Shown here: positions 12,011 to 23,808 of the stretch, in pieces
How the letters are laid out: every line of letters begins with the position of its first letter
How positions within the stretch are numbered: the first letter of the stretch is position 1
Source: Octopus sinensis
Taxonomy: Eukaryota
Assembly (NCBI RefSeq): GCF_006345805.1
Contig: NC_043024.1
Coordinates: 9,796,001-9,860,000, forward strand
Length of the DNA stretch: 64,000 nucleotides
Direction of reading: 5' to 3'
The notes under the pieces: generated by a model
What the model was told of the DNA's origin: nothing
The model's database searches: none
The model's input: only the letters and a program-made list of their open reading frames with translations
Made by a program: the position numbers and the translations under genes

Positions 12011-12909
12011 GTAATGAGAATGTCAGAGTGTGTCTTAATTACAAACAGGTGAACTTTGAAGTATTTGAAACCTAGGTAAGATAAGTGATGGGTCTTTTGT
12101 CATTTGTCAAGGTGGAATAATGACTTATAAAATCTTTTGTAAATAGTCTCAAAATGTTGTGGTTTTGAAAATTGTATTTTACTAATGTTACACTTATATA
12201 TACAAGAAAAATTCTTGGGGTTTAACTGTTGAGTTATGTATGTGTATGTATGTATGTGTGTATGTATGTATGTATGTATGTATGTGTGTGTGTGTAATCA
12301 TTTATTTACATGTTTATATAAGGAAAGTACTGGTGATTAACCATATATGTAGATATATGTGTGTGTGTATGTATATATGTGTATGTGCATGTATATGCGT
12401 GTATGTATGTATATCCATGTGTCACAAATGATCTGTCCTTGTATTTTCCTATCTGTCTTTGTATCGTTTTTCTGTCCGTATGTTTTTATTGTTATCCATT
12501 ACGTTCTTACTCCATTTTTCGGATTGATATATACATATATATATATTTCGTTTTTGGATTTTGTTTGCAAGATTCTTTATATGAGTTTGTGTGTTGAAGC
12601 ATATTCTGTTGTGCTTTATAATGTAACTCACTCACCGATAAAAGAAGCAACAAAAATTTTAGGAAAATAAAAATAAGAAAAAAGTGGAAATTTTACTGGT
12701 GAGTGTGTTACATTATAAGGCACAAAAAGAAAATGACTCTCCCCAGACACAACGGTATATATATATATGTTACAAAGTTTGCCTACCACTTGCAAGTTGC
12801 TTCTTGAGTCATCAGAGTCTTGGATGTAGCTGAGAGATGAAGTTGGAGACGTTCACCGGTGGGTGAGAGTAGGTGGGTAATATTATCTTTGTTTGTGGTG
12901 TTTATATAT

Positions 12910-13135
12910 ATATGCTTTATTTAAAGCAGCAGAAAATTCAACAAAATCTGTTACTCTGAGTTTCCCGTTGCCGTTCATCGGACAGTTTTTGCAAAATCTG
13001 TTACTCGGCAACGTGAAACTCAGAGTAATACATTTTGTTGAATTTTCTGCTGCTTTAAATAAAGCATATTACTCTACCACTGGTATTTGAATACGCTTTT
13101 TTCCACCTTGTTTCACATTTATGTGTTTACTCCGG
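12910..13135. mobile_element. Penelope-like inverted element with minimal hammerhead motif
   Basis: Inverted arms atatgctttatttaaagcagcagaaaattcaac...; the - strand of 12948-12985 reads CTGT CCGATGA ACG GCAA CGG GAAA CTC A GAG TA ACAG. Confidence 0.65.
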
Positions 13136-13502
13136 TGTATATATATATATAAAGTGGAGGCACATGGCCTAGTGGTTAGAGCAGCGGACACGCGGTCGAG
13201 GGATCGCAGGTTCGAATTTCAGACCGGGCGATGTGTGTGTTTATGAGTGAAACGCCTAAGCTCCACCGACTCCCGCAGAAGGTAATGGCGATGCTGGTCT
13301 GTTTATGTCCCCGTTACTTAGCGGTTCGGCAAAAGAGACCGATAGAATAAGTACTGGGCTTACAAAAAGAATAAGTCCCAGGGTCGAGTCGCTCGATTAA
13401 AAGGCAGTGCTCCAGCATGGCCACAGTCAAAATGACTGAAACAAGTAAAAGAGTATATGTTATATCTGTTTTTTTTCATCTGTTACATGTTGCTGTTTTT
13501 AG

Positions 13503-13882
13503 ACTATTCGCATGGATTTGGTGGTAAGTTTGGCGTCCAGAAGGATCGGCGAGACAAAGCAGCCCTTAGTTACGAAGACGAGACGAAGACCGAGCTGCAT
13601 CCTTCCCAAGTCGACATGAATAAAGGATTCGGAGGCAAGTTTGGCATCCAAGACACCATGGATAAGACTGCCCTCAGCTACGACGCCGAGTGCAAAACCG
13701 AACTGCATCCGTCTCAGACCGACATGAAAAAAGGCTTTGGCGGCAAATACGGTGTGCAGGACGTCAAGGACAAGTCGGCGCTTAGCTACGAGGACGATAC
13801 TAAAACGGAACTTCATTCTTCGCAAACCGATATGAAGAAAGGCTTTGGTGGTAAATTTGGAATCGACAATACGAAAGATAAG
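13503..13882 (+). CDS. CTTN: Cortactin multi-repeat exon (3.5 repeats: 37+36+36+18 aa)
   Basis: tttttag acceptor, AAG|GTAGAG donor, phase 1 to 0; [19 protein letters not shown]... followed by DMxKGFGGK[FY]G repeats. Confidence 0.93.
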
Positions 13883-13977
13883 GTAGAGCTTTCTTTTATA
13901 TTTTGTCTCATCATCATCATCATCGTTTAACGTCTGTTTTCCATGCTAGCACGGGTTGGACGGTTTGACCAGGCGAC

Positions 13978-14205
13978 GATCTGGCAGAAACGTTAGCACG
14001 CCGGGCGAAATGCGTAGCCGTATTTCGTCTGCCGCTACGTTCTGAGTTCAAATTCCGCCGAGGTCGACTTTGCCTTTCATCCTTTCGGGGTCGATTAAAT
14101 AAGTACCAGTTAGGCACTGGGGTCGATATAATCGACTTAAGCCGTTTGTCTGCGCTTGTTTGTCCTCTCTGTGTTTAGCTCCTTGTGGGTAGTAAAGAAA
14201 TAGGT
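13978..14205 (+). mobile_element. Second tRNA-derived SINE family, long-tail form
   Basis: ctggcagaaacgttagcacgccgggcgaaat...gagttcaaattcc...ttgtgggtagtaaagaaat; related copies at 17341-17575, 29028-29215, 46575-46980 and 49262-49813. Confidence 0.8.
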
Positions 14206-14882
14206 TTGACCAGGGTCTGGGAAGCCAGGAGGCTGCACAAGGCTCCAGTCTGATCTAGCAGTGTTTCTACAGCTGGATGCCCTTCCTAATGCCTAAAGCA
14301 TCATCATCATCGTTATAAACATCGTTATCACCACCATCATCATCATCACCATTATCGCCATAACTACCACATATATATATATATCATCATCATCATCATC
14401 GTTTAACATTTGTTTTCCATGATAGCACGGGTTGGACGGTTCGACCAGGGCCTGGGAACGCAGGAAGCTGCGCAAGGCTCCAGTCTGATCTGGCAGTGCT
14501 TCTACAGCTGGATGCCCTTCCTAACGCCTACCACTCCGTGAGTGTAGTGGGTGCTTTTTACATGCCACCGGCACAGAAGCCAGTCAAGGCGGCGCTGGCA
14601 TCGGCCACTTTCGGATGGTGCTTTTTACGTGCCACCGGCACAGGGATCACAACTTTAATTTCCATATACTTGTTTCTATCATTGGACTGTGGCCATGCTG
14701 GGACCACCTTGAAGCATCTAGTGAAACAAATCAACCCTGGTACGTTTTTGCTTATTCTGTTGCTGTCTTTTTACCAAAATAAATCAACAACTATTATCTA
14801 GTGGTGGTGGACGATAAAGACATCATTATCATTAGTTAACATCTCTTTATTAATTAACCATGTAAATCTTTCCTTGTTCCAG

Positions 14883-14952
14883 TCCGCTGGAGGCTATGAA
14901 GACATGAAAGGAACTGTTGGCACCAACTATAAAAAACCTTCGGCAGAAACCA
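14883..14952 (+). CDS. CTTN: Cortactin exon completing the last partial repeat
   Basis: ttccag acceptor, A|GTAAGA donor, phase 0 to 1; SAGGYEDMKGTVGTNYKKPSAET continues DK|SA as in the repeat consensus. Confidence 0.88.
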
Positions 14953-16089
14953 GTAAGAGTTTTAACTTTATCTCTCTCTCTCTCTCTCTTTTTCTCTATC
15001 TATCTATCTATCTATCTATCTCTCACACACACATGCATACATACACATATCTCTCATCGTTTAACGTCCGTTTTTCATGCTAGCATATGTTGGACGGTTC
15101 GACCAGGGTTGGGAACCCAGGAGGAGCCTTGTGCAGCCTTCTGGCTTCCCAGAACCCGGTCGAACCTTCCAACCCATGCTAGCTTGGAAAACGGACGTTA
15201 AGATAATGCACGGGACGGTGAGCGCGTGCACCTCAAGAGATAAAGTACACGACGGGCCACATGCAAGCTATTTTCTGAACCTGAGCAGAATAACTCGTGC
15301 ATATCATATTATGATAAACAGCTTCACATAGTTCGTTTTCATAAACCGGTGGACTGTTTGTGTGGCCCCATTAGATAAAAAAAAATATACTGGAGCAGTG
15401 TCTTGCATGCTTCGGGTAATACCAGCGTCAAGGGGTTACAGATGCTTGGAAAAAGTAGTAGGCTTTTGAAAACCCCTTCAGACATTTGTGTCGAACCAGA
15501 TGCATAATTTTTTAAATGGTTATGACAGAACTTGATAAAGAACATGCATGGTACATGTTGTTGGGAAATAAATTAGTGTTAAGCTGATAAATGAGACAAC
15601 CTACAATTGTGATACATCTAAGACATACCAATTAATGGCCAATTAATTGACAGTAGTTAAATTTCTTTTCATTTATTTTTTTAAATTCTTATCTTAGTGC
15701 AATAAATGTTTACAAAGACCTTTGAGCAATGCGGGTTCAGCAAAATATGTAAGGGGATATCAATGAATGGAAACAAAGAGAAGCAATATTGTATTACCTT
15801 ATAGAGGTTGTTTAAGGATCCTATAATATTTTGGGAAAGATTCCCCTTTTCAAATAGAATAAACTAATTACAACGTATAGTATATTAGCCATCTCAATAT
15901 GGCTAACCAGTAAGGGTGGGTGTTACTGTAGCTTTTAGCCCCAGGAGATCATCGTCTCCAGCTGGCTTTTATGCAAAGGTTTTGGAAAACATTTACCTCA
16001 CTTACAAATTTTGAAATACTTCAGCTAATTACAATACTAATGTTTTTTTTTATCTGTAATTTAAAAAAAAAATTCCAAAATCGTCCTAG

Positions 16090-16238
16090 GTGCGGTTGGA
16101 GCAAGAAACTTGCGAAGTAGGTTTGAAAATTTTGCCAAGAATTCTGAAGAAGATGCTGCAAAGAAAGCACAAGAAGAGCGACAGAAACGGCTGGAATTTG
16201 AAAGGAAAGAACACGCAGAACAAATGAAGATCTATGAA
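16090..16238 (+). CDS. CTTN: Cortactin helical/coiled-coil exon
   Basis: cctag acceptor, GAA|GTAAGT donor, phase 1 to 0; SAVGARNLRSRFENFAKNSEEDAAKKAQEERQKRLEFERKEHAEQMKIYE resembles the cortactin ...IRANFENLAKE... helix. Not in the ORF track. Confidence 0.92.
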
Positions 16239-16861
16239 GTAAGTATATTGATTCTTGGGCATTGATTCCCTACCTCAGATCTGAAGTTGTCTTCCAGTAA
16301 CTTCTGTGATTTGGAATCGGCACAGAACACCCTTTAGAAAAAACAAGGCATTGTAAGTGCCTTTGTCTCTTCCATTGAAATAACAAAGTTGATGTTGCTT
16401 TGATGTGCATACTCTGTGCTTCTCGTTCATTTTGGCAAAAAGTTTTTTAAGGAAGAAAGGTTTTGCTTCTAAGGTCAAAGGTTTTGGTAAGGCCTACGTC
16501 ACAAACGTAAACTTTGAATCATTCGATTGACTCTGTGACAGCTCCAAACTCTACTCTTACTTGCAATCAATAAATCCAGAAATATCACTAATTATTTTCT
16601 TTAATTAAGTCTTTTATTTTTTATCATTTACTTGTTTCAGTCGTTGGGAGTGTGGCAATGCTGGAGCACTGCTTTAAAGGGTTACAGATGAACAAATTGT
16701 TCCCAGTGTTTATTTTGCTCAAAGTCTAGTACTTATTTTATCAGTCTCGTTTGCTAAAATGCTAAGTTATGGAGACATCGACAAACCAACGCTTGTCAAG
16801 CCATATGCAGGGAAAACAGTCACACACACACACAGACATACACGTACATGCATATAAAAGG

Positions 16862-17198
16862 GGTAAAGACCCCCTTCGGTCATGAATGACCATGGGATTG
16901 CACCTAGAAAGTTACCCTCCTAGACACAAGTCCGGGCAAGGTTGTTTATGGAAGACCAGCAGTCGCCCATGCATACCAGCCTCCCCTCTCCACGCCACCA
17001 GTGTTATCCAAGGGAAAGACAAAGGTCGATACAGCTTGGCACCTGTGACGTCACAACTCATTTCTACAGCTGAGTGAACTGGAGCAACGTGAAATAAAGT
17101 GCTTTGCTCAAGAACACAACACGCAGCCCGGTCCGGGATTCGAGCTCACAACCTCACGATCGTAAGCTCGACGCTCTAACCACTGAGCCATGCGCCTA
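16862..17198 (-). mobile_element. Full-length CORE-type tRNA-SINE
   Basis: ggcgcatggctcagtggttagagc head, CORE-like centre, tail ...catgaccgaagggggtcttt; second copy at 59045-59370. Confidence 0.8.
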
Positions 17199-17777
17199 TA
17201 TGTATGACAGGTTTCTTTCAGTTTCTGTCTACCAAATCCACTCACAAGGCTTTGGTTGACCTGGGGCTATACCAGAAATTGTTTGCCCAAGGTGCTACAC
17301 AGTGAGATTGAACCCGTAACCATGTGGTTGGGAAGTATACTTCTTATTTATTTATTGCCCACAAAGGGCTAAACACAGAGGGGATAAACAAGGATAGACA
17401 AAGGGATTAAGTCGATTACATCGACCCAGTGTGTAACTGGTACTTATTTAATCGACCTCGAAAGGATGAAAGGTAAAGTCAACCTCGGCAGAATTTGAAC
17501 TCAGAACATAACGACAGACGAAATACCGCTAAACATTTCGCCCAGTGTGCTAATGTTTCTGCCAGCTCGCCGCCTCGCATTCTATGTCACGCTAAATCTC
17601 GCTAAGAACTACATTAAGGGTACACGTGTCTGTGGAGTACTCAGCCACATGCACATTAATTTCACAAACAGGCTGTTCCGTTGGTCGGATCAACTGGAAC
17701 CGTCATCATCGTAACTAAGTGCCTGTTTTTGGGTTGTTTTTATATTATTCTTGTGTTCTGCATCTCTATATGATGTG

Positions 17778-18170
17778 GAAGTGGCTGTGTGGTAAGTAGC
17801 TTGTTTACCACCACATGGTTCTGGGTTCAGTCCCACTGCGTGACACCTTGGACAAGTGTCTTCTGCTATAGCCTTGGGCCGACCAAAGCCTTGTGAGTGG
17901 ATTTGGTAGACGGAAACTGAAAGAAGCCTGTCGTATATATGTATATATATATGTGTGTGTGTATGTTTGTGTGTCTGTGTTTGTTCCCCCAATATCGCTT
18001 GACAACCAATGCTTGTGTGTTTACATCACCGTAACTTAGCGGTGCAGTAAAAGAAACCGATAGAATAAGTACTAGGCTTACAAAGGATAAGTCCTGGGGT
18101 CGATTTGCTCGACTAAAGGTGGTGCTCCAGCATGGCCACAGTCAAATGACTGAAACAAGTAAAAGAGTAT
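17778..18170 (+). mobile_element. Dominant tRNA-SINE
   Basis: Full head-to-tail match to the family. Confidence 0.85.
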
Positions 18171-18279
18171 TAGTTTATTAATTCCTGTAACGACCAATTC
18201 CTCTGTGTCCATTCCACAAAACTCAAAAAAAAGGGATTCTTTGAATAACTTTTGTTCCGTTTCTTTTAATTCTTTTCAG

Positions 18280-18678
18280 GCGAAAATGGAAAAGGAAAGA
18301 TGGGAGGCTGAGAACGCACCGGAAGAGGAAGAAGACGAAGACGAAGAAGTTCAACCGAGGAAGACGTTCGTCCCGCCGCAGTCCAAGTGCTACGTCCCCA
18401 ACGAGGAGATCACGGCCTTCAAACGGGACTCGTATCTGAGGCAGGGGTCACGAGAGGAAGCCCCCCCGAAATCCGCTGCAGTTTCTGCTCCCACATCTGC
18501 CCCGAGGGACAGAGAGCGGGTAGAAGCGAAGCGGGAACCCGAGGAGGAGGAGGAAGAGCAAGAAGAGGAAGAAGAGGAGGAGGAGGAAGAGGTAAGGGTT
18601 GTGGCAAAAGAGAAGGAAGAGGAGGAGGAAGAGCAGAGGTATGAGGATGATGGTGAGCTGTACGAGAATCCAGATGAT
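18280..18678 (+). CDS. CTTN: Cortactin acidic/low-complexity exon with YEDD and YENP motifs
   Basis: ttttcag acceptor, GAT|GTAAGT donor, 133 codons, phase 0-0; AKMEKERWE...ELYENPDD. Confidence 0.85.
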
Positions 18679-18744
18679 GTAAGTTTATTTCAATTGTCCC
18701 CGCTTCCCCTCCCCCAAGCATCGTCGACAGAATCCTCTCCCTCT

Positions 18745-19480
18745 CATCATGACCACCACCACTAACATCATCGTCATCATCAGACTAACACTAACTTTTT
18801 AATCTTTGCTGTCATCACATCAAGCATGATTTCTAACATCACCTGCACCACCACCACCACCACTACCATACCACTGTTCCTACAACTACCACCATCATAT
18901 TAACCATCATCACCATTATCATCATCATCATCGTCACCACCATCACTATCAACACTACCATTGCCAATATGACAACAGTCACCATCACCATCACTACCAT
19001 CACCACCATCATCATCACCACCACCACGATCATCATTACCCCACCCACCACTGCTGCTGCCACAACCATCACCCCCACCCGCCATCATCACCACTGCCAC
19101 CATCACCCCACCCACCACCACCACCATCACACCACCCACCACTGCCTCCACCATCACCCCACCCACCACTACCACCACCCCACCCACCACTGCCTCCACC
19201 ATCACCCCACCTGCCACTGCCACCATCACCCCACCCACAACTACAACGACCACCATCACCCCACCCACCACTGCCACCACTACTATCGTCCCACTGCCTC
19301 CATCACAAATATGACCACCACCATAACCATCACCCCAACTATCATCATCATCACCCTCATCATTTCCACCACTACCCTCCCCGTCACCACCATCATCAAT
19401 ACCACCTCCATCCCCACCACCGCCATCGTCACCATGACCACCACCATCATCATCATCATCACCACCGCCACCATCGGATG
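18745..19480. repeat. (CAC/CAT)n triplet-rich low-complexity tract
   Basis: Direct reading; the His/Thr-rich and Met/Val-rich ORFs here are artefacts of it. Confidence 0.9.
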
Positions 19481-19717
19481 CTCTTCCTGTCGCTTACCAA
19501 AACCTTTCCTGTTTTCCAAAGTAAGAGATTCTTTCCAAATACCGAATGTCTTTTGAAATTGCAAAGAATTTTGGTCCAAGAAACCTGAACAAAGAACGGA
19601 ATCACCATATCACAGTTTACAGTTTACACTTACAAGAACAACAAGAAAAAGACCACCCATACAAATACACACACACACACACACACGCATGCACAAACAC
19701 CTGCTCACATCATCATC

Positions 19718-20470
19718 ATCTTCGTTTAGCGTCCGCTTTCCATGCTAGCATGGGTTGGACGGTTCAACTGGGGTCTGAGAAGCCAGAAGGCTGCACCAGG
19801 CTCCAGTCTGATCTGGCAGTGTTTCTACAGCTGGATGCCCTTCCTAACACCAACCACTCCGTGAGTGTAGTGGGTGCTTTTTACGTGCCACCGGCACGGG
19901 GGCCAGGCGAAGCTGGCAAACGGCCACGATCAGATGGTGCTTTTTACGTGCCACCGGCATGGGGGCCAGGCAAGGCTAGCAACAGCCACAATCAGATGGT
20001 GCTTTTTAGGTGCCACCGGCACAGGGGCCAGGCGAGGCTGGCAACGGCCATGATCGGATGGTACTTTTTACATGCCACCGGCACAGGGGCCAGGCGAGGC
20101 TGGCAACGGCCATGATCGGATGGTACTTTTTACATGCCACCGGCATGGGGGCCAGGCAAGGCTGGCAACGGCCATGATCGGATGGTGCTTTTTACATGCC
20201 ACCGGCACAGGGGCCAGGCGAGGCTGGCAACGGCCATGATCGGATGGTACTTTTTACATGCCACCGGCACAGGGGCCAGGCGAGGCTGGCAACGGCCATG
20301 ATCGGATGGTGCTTTTTACATGCCACCGGCATGGGGGCCAGGCAAGGCTGGCAACGGCCACGATCAGATGGTGCTTTTTAGGTGCCACCGGCACGGGGGC
20401 CAGACGAGGCTGGCAAACGGCCACAATTGGATGGTGCTTTTTACGTGCCACCGGTACGAGGCCAGTTGGG
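19718..20470 (-). mobile_element. VNTR-containing (GAT)n-tail retroposon, about 9 VNTR units
   Basis: Tandem gatcggatggtgctttttacatgccaccggcacaggggccaggcgaggctggcaacggccat units next to the conserved tail. Confidence 0.8.
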
Positions 20471-20501
20471 GCGGCGCTCACATACATACAAAAGCACACC
20501 T

Positions 20502-20538
<37 letters not shown>

Positions 20539-20639
20539 CACCTAATTACTCACACACATCTGCTCACATACACACACACACACACCTCCTTACACATGTA
20601 TAAAAACACCTATTCCCACACACATATGAAAACACTTAT

Positions 20640-21095
20640 TTACACACACATCTAGTCACACACACCTAGTCACACACACATCTAGTCACACGCACATCTA
20701 GTCACACACACATCTAGTCACACACACCTAGTCACACACGCATCTAGTCACACACACATCTAGTCACACACACATCTAGTCACATACACACCTAGTCACA
20801 CACACACCTAGTCACACGCATACATCTAGTCACACGCATACATCTAGTCACACACACATCTAGTCACACACATCTAGTCACACACATCTAGTCACACACA
20901 CATCTAGTCACACACACCTAGTCACACACGCATCTAGTCACACACACATCTAGTCACATACACACCTAGTCACACACACACCTAGTCACACGCATACATC
21001 TAGTCACATGCATACATCTAGTCACACACACATCTAGTCACACACACATCTAGTCACACACATCTAGTCACACACACATCTAGTCACAACACATC
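20640..21095. repeat. (CA)n-TCTAGT minisatellite
   Basis: Tandem cacacacatctagt-type units. Confidence 0.9.
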
Positions 21096-22000
21096 TGCTC
21101 ACACACATAGGGTCTGGCAAATTGCAGAACTATACATCACCATCATCATTATTTATCATCTGTTTACCATGCTGGCATGGATCGGATGGTGTTACAGGAT
21201 CTGACAAGCTGCAGAGATATTAAAAAGGACAAAACGGATAATTACCTCCCCTGCTTCTAATAATAACAATCATTAATTACCTCCCCTAAAATTTATTTTC
21301 CTTCTGATTTATTTACAAAATATCCTTCCTCTTACTAACTTGGAATGATAATTTCTTTTCAATAACATTTTGATAACATGAAATTGTAATATTATCACTA
21401 ATTTCTTAGTCATGATTAGTACAAGCGAAACCGGTCGACTACGTAAATATTTTATTTAATATATATATATATATATTCATGCTCACACACACCCTCTCTT
21501 CAAATTACAACTGAGTTCTGTTCCAACTGATAGGTGGTATGTCGATTTGGTTGTATGTCGGACTTATATTTTTCAACACCATTTTCATTGAAACACAGCT
21601 GGTGCTTAAAAGCAACAGAGTGAGAGACAGTGGATGGCTAGGTCTGAGGGAGGCCTGCATTGCCAGATGCTGCCATAATTATCATACACACAGTCGCCCA
21701 ATATCCGAAAATCAATTTAAAAAATTTTTTGTGGTTGTAAGTCACATCGGTCATAAATTGAGGAGAAGATGGATGTAGATAAAATCCTAAATGACAGAGA
21801 AATAGTTTAATGAAATCTTATTTGACAATAGGAAAATTCTAATATCATGACAAATTGTTTCGTAACTTAAAAGCATGTAAATAATTTATATTATATTTAA
21901 TAATGAATAGATTACTTACATGCCATATTTTGGAGAATGATACATTAAGGAGCTTTTTTTATGAGTATTACCAGATTATTTGCATCCATATATTGTGCCT

Positions 22001-22048
<48 letters not shown>

Positions 22049-22127
22049 TTCTGTGCATTTTTGTTCTTTTTATGTTTTTCACTCCAGTTCACCATGTGGA
22101 AAAAAACAGTTTTTCATCAAAGCTTTC

Positions 22128-22174
<47 letters not shown>

Positions 22175-22270
22175 ATATATATATACATATATTCTGTGCA
22201 TTTTTGTTCTTTTTATGTTTTTCACTCCAGTTCACCATGTGGAAAAAAACAGTTTTTCATCAAAGCTTTC

Positions 22271-22334
<64 letters not shown>

Positions 22335-22341
<7 letters not shown>

Positions 22342-22619
22342 ACTGACCAGACCATCAGATGCTGCTACACATCGCTGGTCACAATGCGTTCGCATTGTTT
22401 TAGCCTTCGAACGACGCCACCCTGCTGGCTAAGCGAGCAGGCTAACAGAGGAAAGAGTGGTGAAAGAGTACAGCAGGGATCACCACCCCCTGCCGGAGCC
22501 TCGTGGAGCTTTTTAGGTGTTTTTCACTCAATTAACACACACAACGCCGGGTCTGGGAATCAAAACCGCGATCCTTCGACCGTGAGTCCACTGCCCTAAC
22601 CACTGGGCCATTGCGCCTC

Positions 22620-22622
<3 letters not shown>
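22335..22622 (-). mobile_element. tRNA-SINE (ggaggcgcaatggcccagtgg head), tail type a
   Basis: tRNA A/B boxes; tail ...gaccagcgatgtgtagcagcatctgatggtctggtcagtcacgtga; related copies at 30345-30645 and 53145-53280. Confidence 0.8.
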
Positions 22623-22657
<35 letters not shown>

Positions 22658-23113
22658 ACATATATAGGGTAGCGAATATTCTTTATAAATATCACCACCA
22701 GTGGCCTAGCATGTATAAATAGTCAATAGACAACATATTCATATTTTAAAATAAAAAATTACCATGTAAAAATTACCTGTTAAAGGGTAATTTTCTAGTT
22801 TAAAATATGTATATATATATATATGCAGGGCGTCCCAGAAGTCGCGCGCGATCCTGGTTTTTTTAAAAGAATATACCCTTGTTGATTTCAAAAACACTTT
22901 ATTGAAATTAATCATAACAAATGCTTATTTATCCACTTAATTTTGAATTAATCCTGTATTATCTCATAGCTTTGATATTTCAATGAAGTGATTACTTCTC
23001 TTTAGATTGACATTGTAAGGTAAGTGTGAGAAGTCTGATCTGGCTAGTTTTAGTATAAAACAGAATATTTTGATTGGACATAGCCACTTATGGGTTATGC
23101 TTATGGGTTAAGC

Positions 23114-23321
23114 CAGGGGTGGGCGAACTTTTTTGATCGCGGGCCGCACAGTGCGTCTTTGGAACCTTGGCGGGCCTCATTTATAAAAATCAAGTGAAAA
23201 TATTTTTAAAGGCGGTTATAGACCCATAAACACACAATTGATTGAAAGGAAATTTTGTGAAATATTCTTCTCGGCGGGCCGCATGAAAACCTATGGCGGG
23301 CCGTAGTTTGCCCCACCCCTG
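23114..23321 (+). mobile_element. hAT-type MITE
   Basis: TIR CAGGGGTGGGCGAAC / GTTTGCCCCACCCCTG with a perfect 8-bp TSD GGTTAAGC on both sides. Confidence 0.92.
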
Positions 23322-23451
23322 GGTTAAGCTATATTGTCTTAAGTATTTTCTTCCGTTTTTTTTTTGTTTTCGTTGTCGTCATGCAGATGTATACCTTGTG
23401 ACCAAACTGGAGCAATCTTGTTTATTGATGAATTTTTTTTTTAAATTCCAG

Positions 23452-23542
23452 CTAATTTCTTCACCGGAAGACCAGCAAACTGGATCAGTGCAACCTGAGG
23501 GAGAAAACCTAACTGCCATTGCTCTTTATGACTATGAAGCTG
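23452..23542 (+). CDS. CTTN: Cortactin linker plus SH3 start
   Basis: ttccag acceptor, G|GTTAGT donor, phase 0 to 1; LISSPEDQQTGSVQPEGENLTAIALYDYEA. Confidence 0.93.
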
Positions 23543-23559
23543 GTTAGTACATTTAGTAT

Positions 23560-23771
23560 ACTCTTTTACTCTTTTACTTGTTCCAGTCATTTGACTGTGG
23601 CCATGCTGGAGCACCGCCTTTTTAGTTGAGCAAATCGCCCCCGGGACTTATTCTTTGTAAGCCCAGCACTTATTCTATCGGTCCCTTTTGCTGAACAGCT
23701 AAGTTCTGGAGACGCAAACACACCAGCATCGGTTGTCAAGCGATGCTGGGGAGACAAACACAGACACACAA

Positions 23772-23808
<37 letters not shown>

